Positions 25,105 to 38,748 of a stretch of DNA of 64,000 nt are shown here, piece by piece. How positions within the stretch are numbered: the first letter of the stretch is position 1; each line of letters opens with the position of its first letter. The DNA comes from Harriotta raleighana (Eukaryota). Made by a program: the position numbers and the translations under genes. The notes under the pieces were generated by a model. The model saw only the letters and a program-made list of their open reading frames with translations. It did not search any database and was not told the DNA's origin. Location of the stretch: the NCBI GenBank assembly GCA_050575255.1, contig JBNZDD010013669.1, positions 1,012,116 to 1,076,115 on the forward strand, read 5' to 3'.

Positions 25105-26066
25105 CAGTCAACCCTCGTCGAAGGTGACTTTACCGATTGCAAATTCAAGAATAAGCGACAAAACAAAAGCATCACTTTTTTGTGCAGCGCATGTAAAACT
25201 TGTGTATACCCGCTGGCTGGCATGCGCACGGGTGAAGACGCCGAAAGCTCCCGACTAAATCCGATGATTCTTTAGCTGGCTGGTCCCACCCGCATGAGCA
25301 TTTTTGATGAGGCCGGCAGATCCCGACTAAAGCCGATCATTCCTCGGCTTGCTGGCCTCACGCACAATGCATTCTGGGTAAATACAATAACACTTCGGCC
25401 TTGGAGAATCTTATTACATTGCATGGTAAACCGAAAAGACAGAGAGACAGGATTGTACAGGATTGTAGCCTAATCTACCCTGGTGTTTTATTGCTTTTTT
25501 TTAATTGTTTATTGCTTTGTTATCACTTTATTAGAGCAATAAAGTGACAACAAAGCTACTGTAACATTTCTGTGTCTCCCGTCCCGACCATCTGCGCCTC
25601 GTTGCCCCCCCACACGCCCCCAAGCGGTTCTCTGCCCCCACCTTTGCAAGTCCCTCCCTGCCTCCAATCGGCTCTTTTCCCCGCACCTCCCCGAGTACCC
25701 CCCCTGCCTCCAAGCGGTTCTCAGTTCCCTCCCCACCCACCCGCCCGCCGCTCTCCCCGATTTCTCTCTGTCTCCCTCCCGGGCTGCCGTGATTTGCCTA
25801 TTTCCCGGGTGGTAGGAGAGACGAGAGCAAGAAGAGTGGGGGTGAGGAGCAACAAGAGTGGGGAGAGGCGGGTGGAGCGAGGAGTGGATCAGCCAGCTGT
25901 AGCCTGCCTCAGTAGGTACCTTGCATCGGATGTGCTGGAGACTTGAGGTGGGTAGCCTGCGACTGGATACCCCTAACCCCCCTTTTCCCATTACTTCTTG
26001 AGCTTCTCTATCGCAATTTTGTTGAGTGCGCAGTTGTAACCCCCGCGATCGATAAGGGTTAACCTT
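25105..26066 (-). mobile_element. Tigger/pogo-like MITE (family C), GC-rich interior, reverse orientation
   Basis: TA|CAGTCAACCCTCG ... GATAAGGGTTAAC. 25780-26060 is the reverse complement of 61926-62200. The right end is repeated at 26200-26316 across an N. Confidence 0.8.
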
Positions 26067-26904
26067 TATAACTATGTTATTTGCACATACTAGGGTCTGT
26101 GGAGAACTCCTTTACACTTTTGGTGAGAGTAATGTAATTTGAAGTGGGTATATAAATCCAACTTTTCACTTTGAGTTCTCTGCTAGAAACTTGAGCATNG
26201 GGTAGCCTGCGACTGGATACCCCTAACCCCCCTTTTCCTATTACTTCTTGAGCTTCTCTAACGCAATTTTGTTGAGTGCGTAGTTGTAACCCCCGCGATC
26301 GATAAGGGTTTACCTGTATAACTGTTATTTGCACATACTAGGGTCTGTGGAGAACTCCTTTACACTTCTGGTGAGAATAATGTAATTTGAAGTGGGATAT
26401 ATAAATCCAACTTTTCACTTTGAGTTCTCTGCTAGAAACTTGAGCATCAAGAGGATTAATGCTCCAGATACAAATTGCTGGAGATATCATTGGAATTCTT
26501 ACCCTTATTTGCTCCAGCAGAAAAATACCAGGGTGGGGTGGGGGGGGTGCGTTGCAAGGGGGAAATTTCTAATTTAAAAAAAAAACAATCAGTTCAATCC
26601 CTAAGAAATGGGTGCCAAGATGCCAAATTGCTTGATTTTCTTGCTGAAGGTGTTAGAGGTCTCGTCTCCGAGTCAGACGTTTGTGGGTTCAAGACTCACC
26701 TCGGGACTTTGATCTCACATAGGNTTTTAAAAAAAACAATCAGTTCAATCCCTAAGAAATGGGTGCCAAGATGCCAAATTGCTTGATTTTCTTGCTGAAG
26801 GTGTTAGAGGTCTCGTCTCTAAGTCAGACGTTTGTGGGTTCAAGACTCACCTCGGGACTTTGATCTCACATAGGGCATCAGAATGCATTTCACAGGATTT
26901 ACTG

Positions 26905-27150
26905 TATGGTGCAGTAGTTGTAGTTTGTAGGCAAGTGTGGCAGACAATTTGAGCCCAATAATGTCCCACAAACAGCCATGAACTAAATGACCAATTTTGC
27001 CTGGCAGATTGTTGGCCAGGACACTGGAAGAAACTCCCTTTTCTTTTTGAATAGTTCTATGGGAATTTTTAACATCCATCTCTGCGGGCAGACGGGATCA
27101 CAGTTTAACATCTGATCAAAAGGGTGACGCTTCCAATAAAACAGCACTGT
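26905..27150 (-). mobile_element. Long DeuSINE fragment
   Basis: GTCCCACAAACAGCCATG..TGTTGGCCAGGACACTGG..TTTTAACATCCATCT, reverse of the 63225 copy. Confidence 0.7.
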
Positions 27151-29907
27151 CCCAACCAAAATATAATGAGGTTTGATTCCAAGAATAACAATGAAGAGAT
27201 ACTCACACTATCTCTTTATGTGAGTATGTGTGTGGTAGACTATTTGGAGCCTAGAAGCTATAAGGGCATATGAGTGGGAAAAAAAAGTTATTTAGTTAAT
27301 GTAGAGTTACATGTCTAGAATTTTAAGTGAGTACAGTGTGAAGACAATTGCCATTGATGCTGTGTTGGAGGTAATATTTTAGTTGTATTAGAGCTTTAGA
27401 AAGAGCAGAATGGAACTGTCACAAAGGACTTGCTGTCTGTATTTTTGGGCGGCACCATTGGTCGTGTGGCTGTCGATGTTCTTTTCTTCTCGTGAAGCAG
27501 TTAAGATGCCATTTAGCTTGTTTTCTGTCACAGGGTAAAGGAAGAGAAATGAATATTTCAATATGCCAGGCATCATGTAATGAGGTTCAGGTATAATCAT
27601 TTACTGCTCCAGTTTCGTTTATGATGATTTAAAGCCTGCTATTGCAGTAGCCCATGATTTTTGTTTTAAAAAAAACGATTTTCTTCTCTTGTGTGGCTGT
27701 GTAAAATGTCGCTGGCATTTGTCAGCTGGAATTTATTTGATAATAATTGGAACAGCATGTTTGGAAGCGTGAGGGCAAAATTGTTCCCCACTATCATGCG
27801 AATATACTGCCAGCGCAGTGCTTTACTGAATTACTTTCTTATGTTCATTGCAGCTTGTGACATTTAACCAAATGATGGCTTGCCGATCACTCCAAAGGCG
27901 AGGCATTGTTCAGGAATGATCATCTCCTTTCTCCAGCTGAGGAGTGTATGGCTTGAAAGATTTAATAACAGCTTCCACAAACGTAGGTAAGTCTTTCTGA
28001 AATTAAAGCCGAAGGAGGATCATCAAAGTGTGTGGCTACTTTGCCGTTTGCCCAGATGGTTTGAGTTATGAGAAAAGCGACATTCATTCAGAAAAGCCAA
28101 AATGCTGTTTTGTTGTCTCGGTGACTTTTTAAAAGCAATTTGCTCATGTTCTGAGGTCTAGCACGAGGCTACATTCTTTAGTCTGTGGGAGTGTGTTTCT
28201 ACCATGAAAAACATATTTATTCATTGTGTGCTGTGAGAGTGTGCGGCTTTTAGTAACATAGACATAAACATCAGCACTTTGGGATATTATCCCGACGTGA
28301 AAGGTGCTCTATGAATGTAATTTTTGATTGATTGATTGAATTATGTTGTTTTATTGTGGTTCTGTCCACACGGTTGTTGGATTGTTTTTAGAGTCTCTGG
28401 ACAATTGTTTATTTGTTCTGGCAATTAAAAATCCCCTATTTAAGAACCATTCAATAATCTATTTTGAAAATTGCTATTTCAAGCTTCTGATGATGTTGAT
28501 GGATAAAGTATGGCTTTCCTTACCACAGTTGGTTATCCTTTCAGGAACACAGCTCTTCTCGAGAAGGCGTTTGCAAAGCCACTTAGTTTGCTTACAAACT
28601 CTGGCAATATGATTCTCTAAACCTAAAGGAAATGGATTGTCTATGTTACTTGTCTGTGTTGCTCTCTTTGTGGTAATGATGAAAGTTAGTTCTTTATTCT
28701 TTCATCCCCTTCCCTTTGAATAAAATAAGTGCAGTTCATCAGAAGTTTGTTCATGAGGATCTCGGTCCTCTGAATGTAGCACTACTTTCGTCGTACATTT
28801 CATAGATTGATATCCAAATAGACAGACACAGATGTAATTAGCTGAACAAACATTTCTAGACATTTTCTGAAAATGACTGGATTCAGGTTGGACTAGTTTG
28901 TCAGCCATTTTGATGGTACTGTACAATCTTATAAAAGAATTCTTATTTTCTCTGAATCTTCTGAATTTTCTGTGTGGGGGCAATAATATCATCTTGAATT
29001 TGTATTAAAATATCTACCAAAAAGTCTTTGCTATCAGGTTCCGAAACCATGTTCTTTTTAATACATTCAAATAATTAAGAACTAGTTGGATGGATATAGC
29101 TTGTATTTAACTTGTATTTTGCCGCAAAAATAGTAGCATCATTACTAAATTGTGTGCTTTCAGTGTTACCTCTTTCATTTAAAAAATCTTCAATAAATGG
29201 ATAGGGTGATGGATGTTTTTGTAATAATTAGAGGTTGCATGTTAAAATGAAACTTCACATCCACATAATAGTTGAACTTCTGCTTCTAATGAAATGCTGC
29301 ATTAGCTAGCTTTGAGCATTACCCACAAAGGTGATGTGGTTCTGACTTAGATTGTCAGAACACATTATTTTATAACCACTGTGCAACTAGACTTTTACAG
29401 TGGACACACTTCATACCTGAAACGTAAGGAATACATTCAGCTTGATGGGATAGAACCCACTGATTTTATAGCAGGCATATCAGTACACCTATTAAAATAG
29501 TTGCATGAATTATTGTTAGGTTGTGGCTTTGTGCTGTTTTGCAGGATGGCAAGTTAATGAAAGGATTGGTTGACTTTGTGTTCATCGCAGCACAAGTTTA
29601 CCAGGAGTATTCTCCACACAATCTTGGGAGCATCACCTACTTCAAAAACGCAAATGTTTTCTGCTTCAAACACCAGCTAGCCTTATGGGTTCTCTGCGTG
29701 AAACTGTCAATTTGTACTGAATTATGGACTGTTTTTTGTACATGAACTTATGCCCACATGAGGCTTGGCTGGGACTGACCAAATCCAATTCAAAGGAAAC
29801 TTTCACAGCTGGCTGTAAGCCAATGTTTGTCCCATCAGTCTGGGCCAGATGTAAAGTTACAGTTTAGTTTAATAACTCAATTCACTGCAAGGTTCACCAG
29901 ATCTTTT

Positions 29908-29980
29908 AACGCCTTGGGACGTCCCCCCGACGTGAAAGGCGCTCTATAAATGTAATTTTGTTGCTTATTGTTGTTGTTGT
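29908..29980 (+). mobile_element. L2 tail fragment
   Basis: CGCCTTGGGACGTCCCCCCGACGTGAAAGGCGCTCTATAAATGTAATTTTG(TTG)n. Confidence 0.85.
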
Positions 29981-30736
29981 CTTTGGCAGTCCTGACTTTA
30001 TAGAACAACTTTTCCATTTTTTGTGTACTGTACTGTAAAAGGCTTGTTTAATATGTACGTTAANCTTTGGCAGTCCTGACTTTATAGAACAACTTTCCCA
30101 TTTTTTGTGTACTGTACTGTAAAAGGCTTGTTTAATATGTACGTTAAATACATGGCTATATAACAGTGCTAAACCGGTTTGGAGAGGACAACCATGATGG
30201 CAACTCTGAACTGAATCCTACTTTTCAATCTTCAGAATGTCATTATCTGATTCTGTGCATTGGTTAAGGATTCACATTTTATAGGAGCTAGGCATTGATT
30301 GTACTGCCAAAGTCATGAAATGACATTTTAATTTAGTATTCTGTCATATAGATCTATAATTATTATAATAATAATAACAATTAATTGTCAGATTTAACAT
30401 CAGTTGACACGTCATCCTCTGATCAATGCAGTCACATTGGAAACAGCTGTTTGTATTCAATTATAGGCCAGCGAGACAAGTTAACAATCCACTAGGCTAA
30501 TGGTTCGAAGGGTTCTCTTTTAGTCAACTTTTATGATTTTCTTCCCGCTCTCTTCTCCTTAGCTCCTCAGGCTCTCGCTGTAGTTCAATTCCATATTTAT
30601 TTGGAGACCTGTGATACTCTGACAGAGTGACCAATCTTTATGTGAGAACTTGTACGGTGAGTGGCAGCTGGCGGTATAGCTGAGTAAGATATCACAGCCG
30701 AACGAACCCTATTCTCACTGAGTCTATATACATATA

Positions 30737-31418
30737 CAATTAACCCTCGCTGAACGCAGGGGTCGCGTTCCTGGAAAACTGTGCTCTCAGTAAAATCGCA
30801 TTCGGTAAGCTTAACAATTAATGGGAAAAGGGGTGTTAGGGGAATCCAACCGCAGGCTACTCACTTCAAGCCTCCAGGCACATCCATACCCGACCAATGC
30901 AAGGAATGTACTGAGGTGGGCTACAACCAGCTGGCCCGCTCTCCCTGTTCTTGTCACACTCCCCACTCTCCCCGCTCTCCCTGCTCTCCCTACTCTCGTC
31001 GCTCTGCGCCCCCCCCCCCCCCCCCCCCCCCCCCNCCCCCCGCCCCCCCGTCGCTCTCCCCGCTCTCTGCGCTCTCATAACAGTCCAAGGCCAAGGAATC
31101 ATCGGCCTCAAACTCCATCGAAGTGGATGCTTGGGGAGAGGCAGAATTGGATGGCCGAGAAGATGCAGCAGTAGGTAAGTTTTCAGTGGATGACTGTAGA
31201 GACAAACTGGCAGGTTGAACGAAGGAAGTGATTTCCAAGCTTAACTTCCCAAGTGTGCATCACGTGGGGCTGGCGTCCTCGGAAGTGCACATGCGTGCGG
31301 GTATATGTCAGCGTGTACATGTAGGTTTTACATGCGTTACCCAAAAAAATGACTCATTTTTTTCTTCGCGTAAGTTGAATTCACAATCGAAAAAGTCGCG
31401 TTTGACGAGGGTTAACTG
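30737..31418 (+). mobile_element. Tigger/pogo-like MITE (family C), both ends present
   Basis: TA|CAATTAACCCTCGCTGAACGC ... GCGTTTGACGAGGGTTAACTG|TA. Colinear with 46349-47017. Confidence 0.9.
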
Positions 31419-31483
31419 TACACACATACATAGATTACTGAATAGCAATCAGTCCAGCTATTTATGAGTCATGATTGATTTTA

Positions 31484-31632
31484 TAATAATCCTTGCATTT
31501 GATATAATGCTTAATCATGTCTGCGAGGTATCTCAAAGTACTTAACGCAATATACTGTAAAGTGAATTGACTGTGGGCAAAACACGGCAGCCAATTGCAC
31601 ACAGCAATGGCCCACAAACAGTCTTGGACTGA
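31484..31632 (-). mobile_element. DeuSINE 3' half
   Basis: Family tail plus GGCAGCCAATTGCACACAGC core. Confidence 0.8.
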
Positions 31633-31689
31633 TTATTCTAATTATTTCTATTTGTCATTGATTTAAAAATTGTTTTTTCATCCTTATTC

Positions 31690-31808
31690 TCTTCTACACA
31701 CTCCCCCGATCCCGACCCCCGGCTCGGGTCCGAAACACTGATTGTCAAGCACCTTGGGACATCCTCCCTATGTGACAGGCACTATATAAATGTAATTTTG
31801 TTGTTGTT
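31690..31808 (+). mobile_element. L2 3' fragment
   Basis: GGCTCGGGTCCGA..CCTTGGGACATCCTCCC..TATAAATGTAATTTTGTTGTTG. Confidence 0.75.
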
Positions 31809-32374
31809 GAGATCATCTCACCAACCTGTAGCAAGAACCTGCAGTATGACTGATGGGATCCAAGTGGTACAGTAAATATATGTATAGTGTTGTAGAACGA
31901 CCGAGCTCTTGTCGAATTACAATTGGAATCAACCTTGGTCTTCCATGTAAATTTCTTGTGAGTTTGGAACATTGTTAATGTCAATATATTACCCATAATT
32001 TTATAGCTTACATTTTACCAAGTGCGTTAGTATTATATTTCTCTTGTTTTCTACCAAAGCTGCTTCTAACATCCTGTAAGTATTGTAGTTTGTTTATGTG
32101 CATTCATTTCTTACTTTTACCCAGTGTAAATCTAATAAATCATTAATATGTATAGAATCAATATAAAATGCAATCGATTTTTGTCACCACTTTTTCCATG
32201 TTTTAATGAAGTTGCAGGCAGGACCCCTAATAGTATACAGATTATACCTCAACGTGACGAGGCTGAATATGTTCTCAACAGTTTCTGTTGGTGGCGTCTG
32301 GAAGTGATATAACAAGGAGACTGTCGAGCAGAATGTACTGGCTCTTCATATTGTACAGTTTTGTTATTAAAAAG

Positions 32375-32685
32375 GTGAATTGTGGTGGCATGTCTTGGAG
32401 GAGAATTCTATAAAATATCCATCACAGCTGGTCATCAGTGTATCTTACAAACATCCATGAAGTAAATGACCAGTTTTATTTGGGGCCAGCATTACCAGAA
32501 GAAACTTCCTTCTCTCTATCGAATTATGCCATAGAATTTTTAAAGAACTTTGTGACCGATAGCACCTGTAACAATACAGCATTCCCCCAGCACTGTATTG
32601 GAACGCAAGTTTAAAGCTCTGATGTGGGGCTTGAACCCTTCCATCTTGGTTCAGAAATGGACAAGAGTGCTACCAACTCAGCCAG
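32375..32685 (-). mobile_element. Degenerate long DeuSINE with tRNA-like head
   Basis: GGGGCTTGAACCC (B box on minus), GAGTGCTACCAACTCAGCCA and Deu-like TGCCATAGAATTTTTAA. Confidence 0.6.
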
Positions 32686-33646
32686 AATAAGTTTAAGGAG
32701 GTTTCAGGTTCACTCTGCATGTCAACGTTGTTTCTTTTTAAATCATGCTCCTTAGCATATGGGGAAAATGTTTTGTGAAGCTGAATACCATGCTTGTAAG
32801 GAGCATGTGAAGTGATCTGACTAACCTGATGATGTCAAGATTTACAATATTACATTACCGTATTTGGCAGATGCTGTGTGGAACACAGTCTTTGCTGAAG
32901 TTAACAAGTTCCCTGAGTGTCTTTGCTATTTTTGACCTATCACTGCCTCCACTGACTGTTGAAGATGAGCTGTGAGATGTCTGCAACTGATGAGAGCTTG
33001 ATGCCCTTACACAATGGAGGTGGGATATGTCACAATCAGTCTCTCATCAATGTTATTGCCTAGTTTCTCTCTGCTGAAGATAGTATCATTCTTGTTGACT
33101 TGCTGACTGTTTCTGGCAATCGATGTAGAGATCCTGTTGCGATGGGAGGTTGCTCTCACTGGTTTCAGTTAAGATTCGATCTACAAAGTGTGCCATCAGT
33201 TCATCTTATAGTATGAGACGTCGATAAGATGTGGAAAGCGCTATATAAATCTAAGTATTATTATTATTCTGTGAGCGATTTGAGACGTCTTCGAGATGTG
33301 ATAAAGCACTATATCAAAATGCAAGTGTTATTAATATCTAACTGGTGATGTGCTGACCCCAAAGCTGTGGCATTTGAGCACCATCAAGGTCCTTAACTGG
33401 ATATTGGGATAATNTGAGCGATTTGAGACGTCTTCGAGATGTGATAAAGCACTATATCAAAATGCAAGTGTTATTAATATCTAACTGGTGCTGTGGCATT
33501 TGAGCACCATCAAGGTCCTTAACTGGATATTGGGATAATCTCTCAACAAAGCCATATCATATGCAAGGATTATTATTATAGAAAAGTTATTAGAAGATTT
33601 AAAATTAAGTTTTAACTTGGCCCTGCCCCAAAAAATAGTTCCAGCA

Positions 33647-33990
33647 ACAACAACAAAGTTACAACAACAACAAAATTACATTTATAGAGCGTCTTTCACA
33701 ACGGGAGGACATCCCAAGACCCTGAACAATCAGGTCAGGACCCGAGCTGTGGGGGGGGTGGGGGGTGAAAGGTAGGGGGAAGGAGAAGGAGAATAAGAAA
33801 GGGGGAAGAGTTAGGAGGGCAGCCGAAGAGACGGTTGAAGAGGAAGGTCTTGAGACCGGCCTTGAAGGAGGAAAGAGAGGAAGTGAGGCGAAGGGATTGC
33901 AGATGGAGTTCCAGAGTGTGGGAGCAGAGAGGCTGAAAACCCGGCCACCGATGGTTGGGCAGTTAGGACGATGGACACGGAGCAGTGCCA
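33647..33990 (-). mobile_element. L2 LINE 3' end
   Basis: (CAA)n tail. The minus strand encodes LLRVHRPNCPTIGGRVFSLSAPTLWNSI. Confidence 0.9.
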
Positions 33991-35649
33991 GCAATTTACA
34001 GTACTGATCTAAACTTAACTATGATTAAAGACACTTGACTTTCTTTGTTGGGAAGAAAAGTCATTTACTTGATTCGTGACATTACAAGTGAGCCTTTTAG
34101 CTTTTCAGTGACAGTCAGCATTGTTGAGGCACACAAAAGATTCCTCCACGTTGAAATATTAATCTGCTGTATTATGATTCATAGATGTACATTTTAAGCA
34201 GAGGATTGTGTTACCCTTGAATGTGCTTAAAGCTTTTGTATTTTTGGAGATAAGGTTGTCCTCCACTTCAGCTTTTATCTAAGTCCTCTCACCATTCTCT
34301 ACTGTATTAATGAGGCTTTGGTGCACTGAGCTATTATGTCTGTATCCTACACTTAAGTGGGTTGAAAAGGAGTACTTCAGATCTATCTTTTTTCCATAAG
34401 TACTGTAACATTCAGAGAATCAACTAGGTTAATTAAGATTAACAAAGGCTATAAGTGTGGGATTTCGAAAGATACATATTCTAGGATTCTAGAGTTTACC
34501 TATCTCATTAAGCAATGCATACTAAACTATGTATTCAGTACCCTTCAATCATAAAATAAATTGTGGATCAATTTTTTAATATATACTCTAGCCTGGACTT
34601 TGAGCTATACTTTACGAGGCATTTTATATATATATATACACATATATAAATACTCGTTATATCCACTATCTCGTGGCTGCATTGAGGGAGGATCATAGTG
34701 TACACTGACCAAACTACTAAGCACCCTGGAAGTAGAGTTAGCATTATGGTGGGCATGTCGTTTTGACAAAGCCTCTTCCATGAGGATTTGGATTAAGCAG
34801 TTGATGCTGAGTAAGCCTGATACGCAACATTGGACTTGGACCTTGAGAGCACTCAGGTGGCTGCCATGTCATAGGCTGTCTTGAAAAGATCCTCCTACCT
34901 TGTTGAACACAGTTTTCAGTCAAATACTGATGAGGAAACTCTGGGACTTGGAACATTAGCTCCAGATTTTACCTGGAGCTGGGGTTCGTAAACGCAATTC
35001 TCATATATCCGGGGCTTGGATTCCACCTTGGATCAATATGCAGAGAGGTAAACAGCTACTGCTCGAGCTCTGCACCGCCGACTAGTGGAACCATTCACTC
35101 ATCTGGTAAGCATATGTATCCAACCGGCAATTCTCTCACTCTGTGCTGAGCTGTGTTTCTGGGATGCTCCCCGGGAAGCTCACAGGGAGTTCCTGGTATC
35201 TGCTATCTACCTGGTGAGCCCTTGTTGGATGCCAAGTTACTAACTCGTGACAATGCTTGTTTTATCTGGTTATATTCCAGCAGTTTCTTCCCACACCCCT
35301 CCCCCACCAACCAAACATAAACTCTGGAGTCCTGAGCGTTAGCTCTAGCCAACTTGCATTTATTACTTTTCAGAATTAGGTAAGCAGGATGCATTCCTCC
35401 AGGGGAATAATTGCATATTCCCATTCCAGATACAGGAACATTTTCATGTGTAAGTCTCCTTGGTAGATCATATGTTATTTTTTTCCCCAGGCGTCTAATT
35501 CTTCCTCTGTTATTCTCTGCAATGCCCATGTTCTTATCAAGAAGGAGAATTATAGATTGACAGTTAAACCAGAAAGTTTCAGATACTTCATTGCTGCTCT
35601 ATGGGGAAGGTTTTTTTGTTGAGGGGTATTCAGTTCCCTGATCCTTATA

Positions 35650-35796
35650 TAATAAACCTTGCATTGAAATAGTGCCTTATCATGTCTTCGAGACGATTCA
35701 AAGTGCTTCACAGGATACACTGAAATGAATTGACTGAGTGTTTTGTGGGAGGAACACGGCAGGTAATTACGCACAGTGACCCACAAACAGTCATGG
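35650..35796 (-). mobile_element. DeuSINE 3' half
   Basis: AATAAACCTTGCATTGAAATAGTGCC..CCCACAAACAGTCATGG. Confidence 0.8.
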
Positions 35797-36304
35797 TATT
35801 ATATAAAATAGCATCTTCTCACCTCTCTCCTGGTTAGGATTGTGCAGTCATTTATTTTATGTATTTCACTTTTGAGGTGTTAGATGTGATTGGTAGAAGC
35901 TCTTTCTCATTATAAAAGTTACTTTATTAAATTTATTCGAGCAGGTAATACAATCAATCAAAATCACTAGCAGAAATAATTGGGAGAGAGTTATTTTCCT
36001 ATTGCTTTCTGAATAACTTAAAGGTTTGTACTATTCTAACACTTCATTTTCGCTGTCTCTATTGTATTGTTGCTGTTTTCTTAAAGGAGCATTTAAACCT
36101 GACCATTTGCTCATTTTTTTTATTGCCTTTATTATGTTTGTTTTTGGCTCATACACAATTATGACAAAACAATAATAAAATGCTTTTGTGCTTCATGCAT
36201 ATACAAAGCTTTGAAACCTAATGTTTTCATTTTGAATTTTGTTTTGTTTGGCCTCTACTCATTGTTGTTTTTCTGCTTCTTCTTGTTTTTCTTTGACAAT
36301 TGAG

Positions 36305-36377
36305 AGGGTACGGATTATTCCCACTTGACTCCTATTAACCCTTTCATCAAGAATCTTACCAAACAATGCACTCAACA
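36305..36377 (+). other. Candidate alternative exon of an unidentified host gene
   Basis: A 94-nt AG-free U-rich tract (36209-36302) precedes it, and CA|GTAAGT follows. One frame is open (GTDYSHLTPINPFIKNLTKQCTQ). The acceptor is a weak GAG. Confidence 0.35.
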
Positions 36378-36499
36378 GTAAGTTGTGCGGTACCAGTGAG
36401 TTTAAACTCCATTCGTACCCCAACACATGTTATGGGGGTCCTCAAAGTTTGCCTCTTACCAATCTGTGTCTAATACCCTCTCTATTTAGTAAACATAAT

Positions 36500-36676
36500 G
36501 ATTAAAATTGGTCATTTCAATCCACGACTGTTTGTGGACCACTGCTGTGCGCAATTGACTGCCACGTTTCACCCTCAAATGTACAGTCAATTCACTTTAC
36601 TGCATATTCTGTGAAGCGCTTTGAGACGTCGATAAGATGCGAAAAGCACTATAATTATGGAATGCAAGGATTATTA
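36500..36676 (+). mobile_element. DeuSINE 3' half
   Basis: AAAATTGGTCATTTCAATCCACGACTGTTTGTGG..AATGCAAGGATTATT. Confidence 0.9.
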
Positions 36677-38496
36677 GCAATATTCTTATTATCATATTGA
36701 ATGTGTTGGTGATGTGGATATGTAGAACTCTGTCTTGTTGAAAGGCTTTTTAGAGTAAGATTTGTCACCTTGTGTATCCGAATGATCAAAAAAACACTTT
36801 TCCATAATTTTTCTTCTTCTCCATAGTTTTTCAACGATTCTATTACTTTTTTTTAAACTGTGATGTTTTAGTCATTTCTTATTCAATTCCTTATCGTTTC
36901 ATACATTCCTTGTTCAATGTGGAATTAATTGATCTGTGAACGAGTCAGTGTTTTTGGTTGTAGTTTTCTGGGACGCTGCAACTCCTGGGCTTGTACGAGC
37001 CTTTTATGTTTGAAATATTTCTTCACACGTGTTCCCATTGTAAATCTGTTCAAATGGGAAAACTGATGAAATAAAACTGGTTGTTTGACTCAGTTGTGTA
37101 TGTTATTTTATAACTAAAACATTTGAAAAGCCAAGCCAAAGGAAACTATGATAATTGGCTAAAATGTTTGCTTTGCAAAGCAGTACAGTGATGGTGGTAG
37201 CCGAAGCAGTGGGGTAAATTTCCTAGGAACAGCCAAATAATTTGAAATCTTGCCTTTTGTTGATGAATATTTAATTGGAACATTCATGGGTGGATTCCTA
37301 CCTCTTCCTACCTCTTCCTACCTCTACCTCTAGGGAAAAAAACTTACTTCTGAAAGTAACTATTGTTCTGTTGCCTGATGGACCACAAAATGGTTTCAAT
37401 TATTCTTGCAGTGTTGCGATTCTACTTGATTCATTTGTTTGAAGCCTGTAAACCTAGAGGGGGAAAATTCCTGACTTTAGTGAGTCGATGGAAAGATTCT
37501 TACTGTGCTTCAGTGCACACGTCTTCAGCCGGTGACAAAATAAATCAAAATAACTATCTGGCAGTGTACCCAATCCATTTAGTCTCCTGAGGGGAAACGT
37601 CAACAACCTTTTCCTTCTCCCACCATAAGTAATACAAGCCAAACACCAGAACAAATCCAGACTACCATCCCACACTACTTCCCAATCCAGCTGTCTTTCT
37701 TGGCCTGCCATTTGTATCTATCCATGTACTCACCCAGGAGAGATATGAATGTGTTTATTGTGTGGGAGGTGGAGAGGGGATTTTCTTCTAGAAGAGAGCT
37801 TGATGGGCTTTTAAAGCTTTTATTCATTCTTTTTTGCCTACGGGTCTACGTGTGTGTCCATGAGGAAGCTGTAACTTTAGATGGGTGTCTATTGCACATA
37901 TCAATAGCTCACACATCAAACTGGAGTTAAAGTTGATAAAGTTCTTTCAACTCTCAAGTATTCTCCTGCACGATTAAATCCACAAAGGTTTATCCAGTTG
38001 CTTCCTGATTTTATTTTTAACTAAGGCATTTCTCAGTCAAATTGATCTTCACAAATCTGAGGTGAAACGTTGCTAAGTGCCTTTAAAAATTCCAGACACC
38101 TTTGTATCACTGGGCAGCACTTTCTCAATTAATTTATTTGCTCAAAGCAGCGTCTCTTAGATCACCCAAATCCCAAGTTCATGCCTGATGCTGTAATTTT
38201 GCAGCATTTTGACTCGACCTCTAGGTTTCGAGTACAGCATCTACATATATGTAACTCCAACAATATTAACCAATTTATTGTCTTGTTCCTTGATCCTTCA
38301 TGCTCAGTACTGTAACTTTACAATTTGCTTGAATGCCCTTAATCCTTCCATTACTGCCTTTGGTAATTTGCCCTCTATGTAAATGGCCCTGTAATTACTG
38401 TTTCATCAAAGGCACTTGATCAATAATGATACTGAGACAGCAATACAATGAAAGCAACTGTAAGATTGCAAGGGAACAGCTGGCTGTAGCTGAACA

Positions 38497-38748
38497 ATAA
38501 TAATAATCCTTGCATTTGATATAGCGCTTTTCACATCTTATCAACGTCCCAAAGCGCTTCACAGAATATACTGTAAAGTGAATTGACTGTATATTTGTGG
38601 GCGGAACGCGGCAGCCAATTGCGCACAGCAGTGTCCCACAAACAGTCATNNCCAAGGTTTCGCCCTGATCTGCCTGGATTCGAACACAGGTCTCATGCTT
38701 GTAAGGCATGTAAGGCGAGTGCTCTAACCACTGAGCCACAGGAGCTCC
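38497..38748 (-). mobile_element. tRNA-derived DeuSINE (NN gap inside)
   Basis: The minus strand starts GGAGCTCCTGTGGCTCAGTGGTTAGAGCAC (A box) ... GTTCGAATCC (B box), then the Deu core and (ATT)n tail. Confidence 0.9.

Noticed and set aside
30781-31238. Pro/Gly-rich ORFs and recurring MGKGG peptides (also at 25509, 46433 and 62009)
   Set aside because: They are translations of the GC-rich MITE interior and a poly-C run containing an N. No transposase motifs are present.
34720-35520. DIRS or tyrosine-recombinase remnant
   Set aside because: Only vague motif resemblance, with no translatable recombinase or RT signature.
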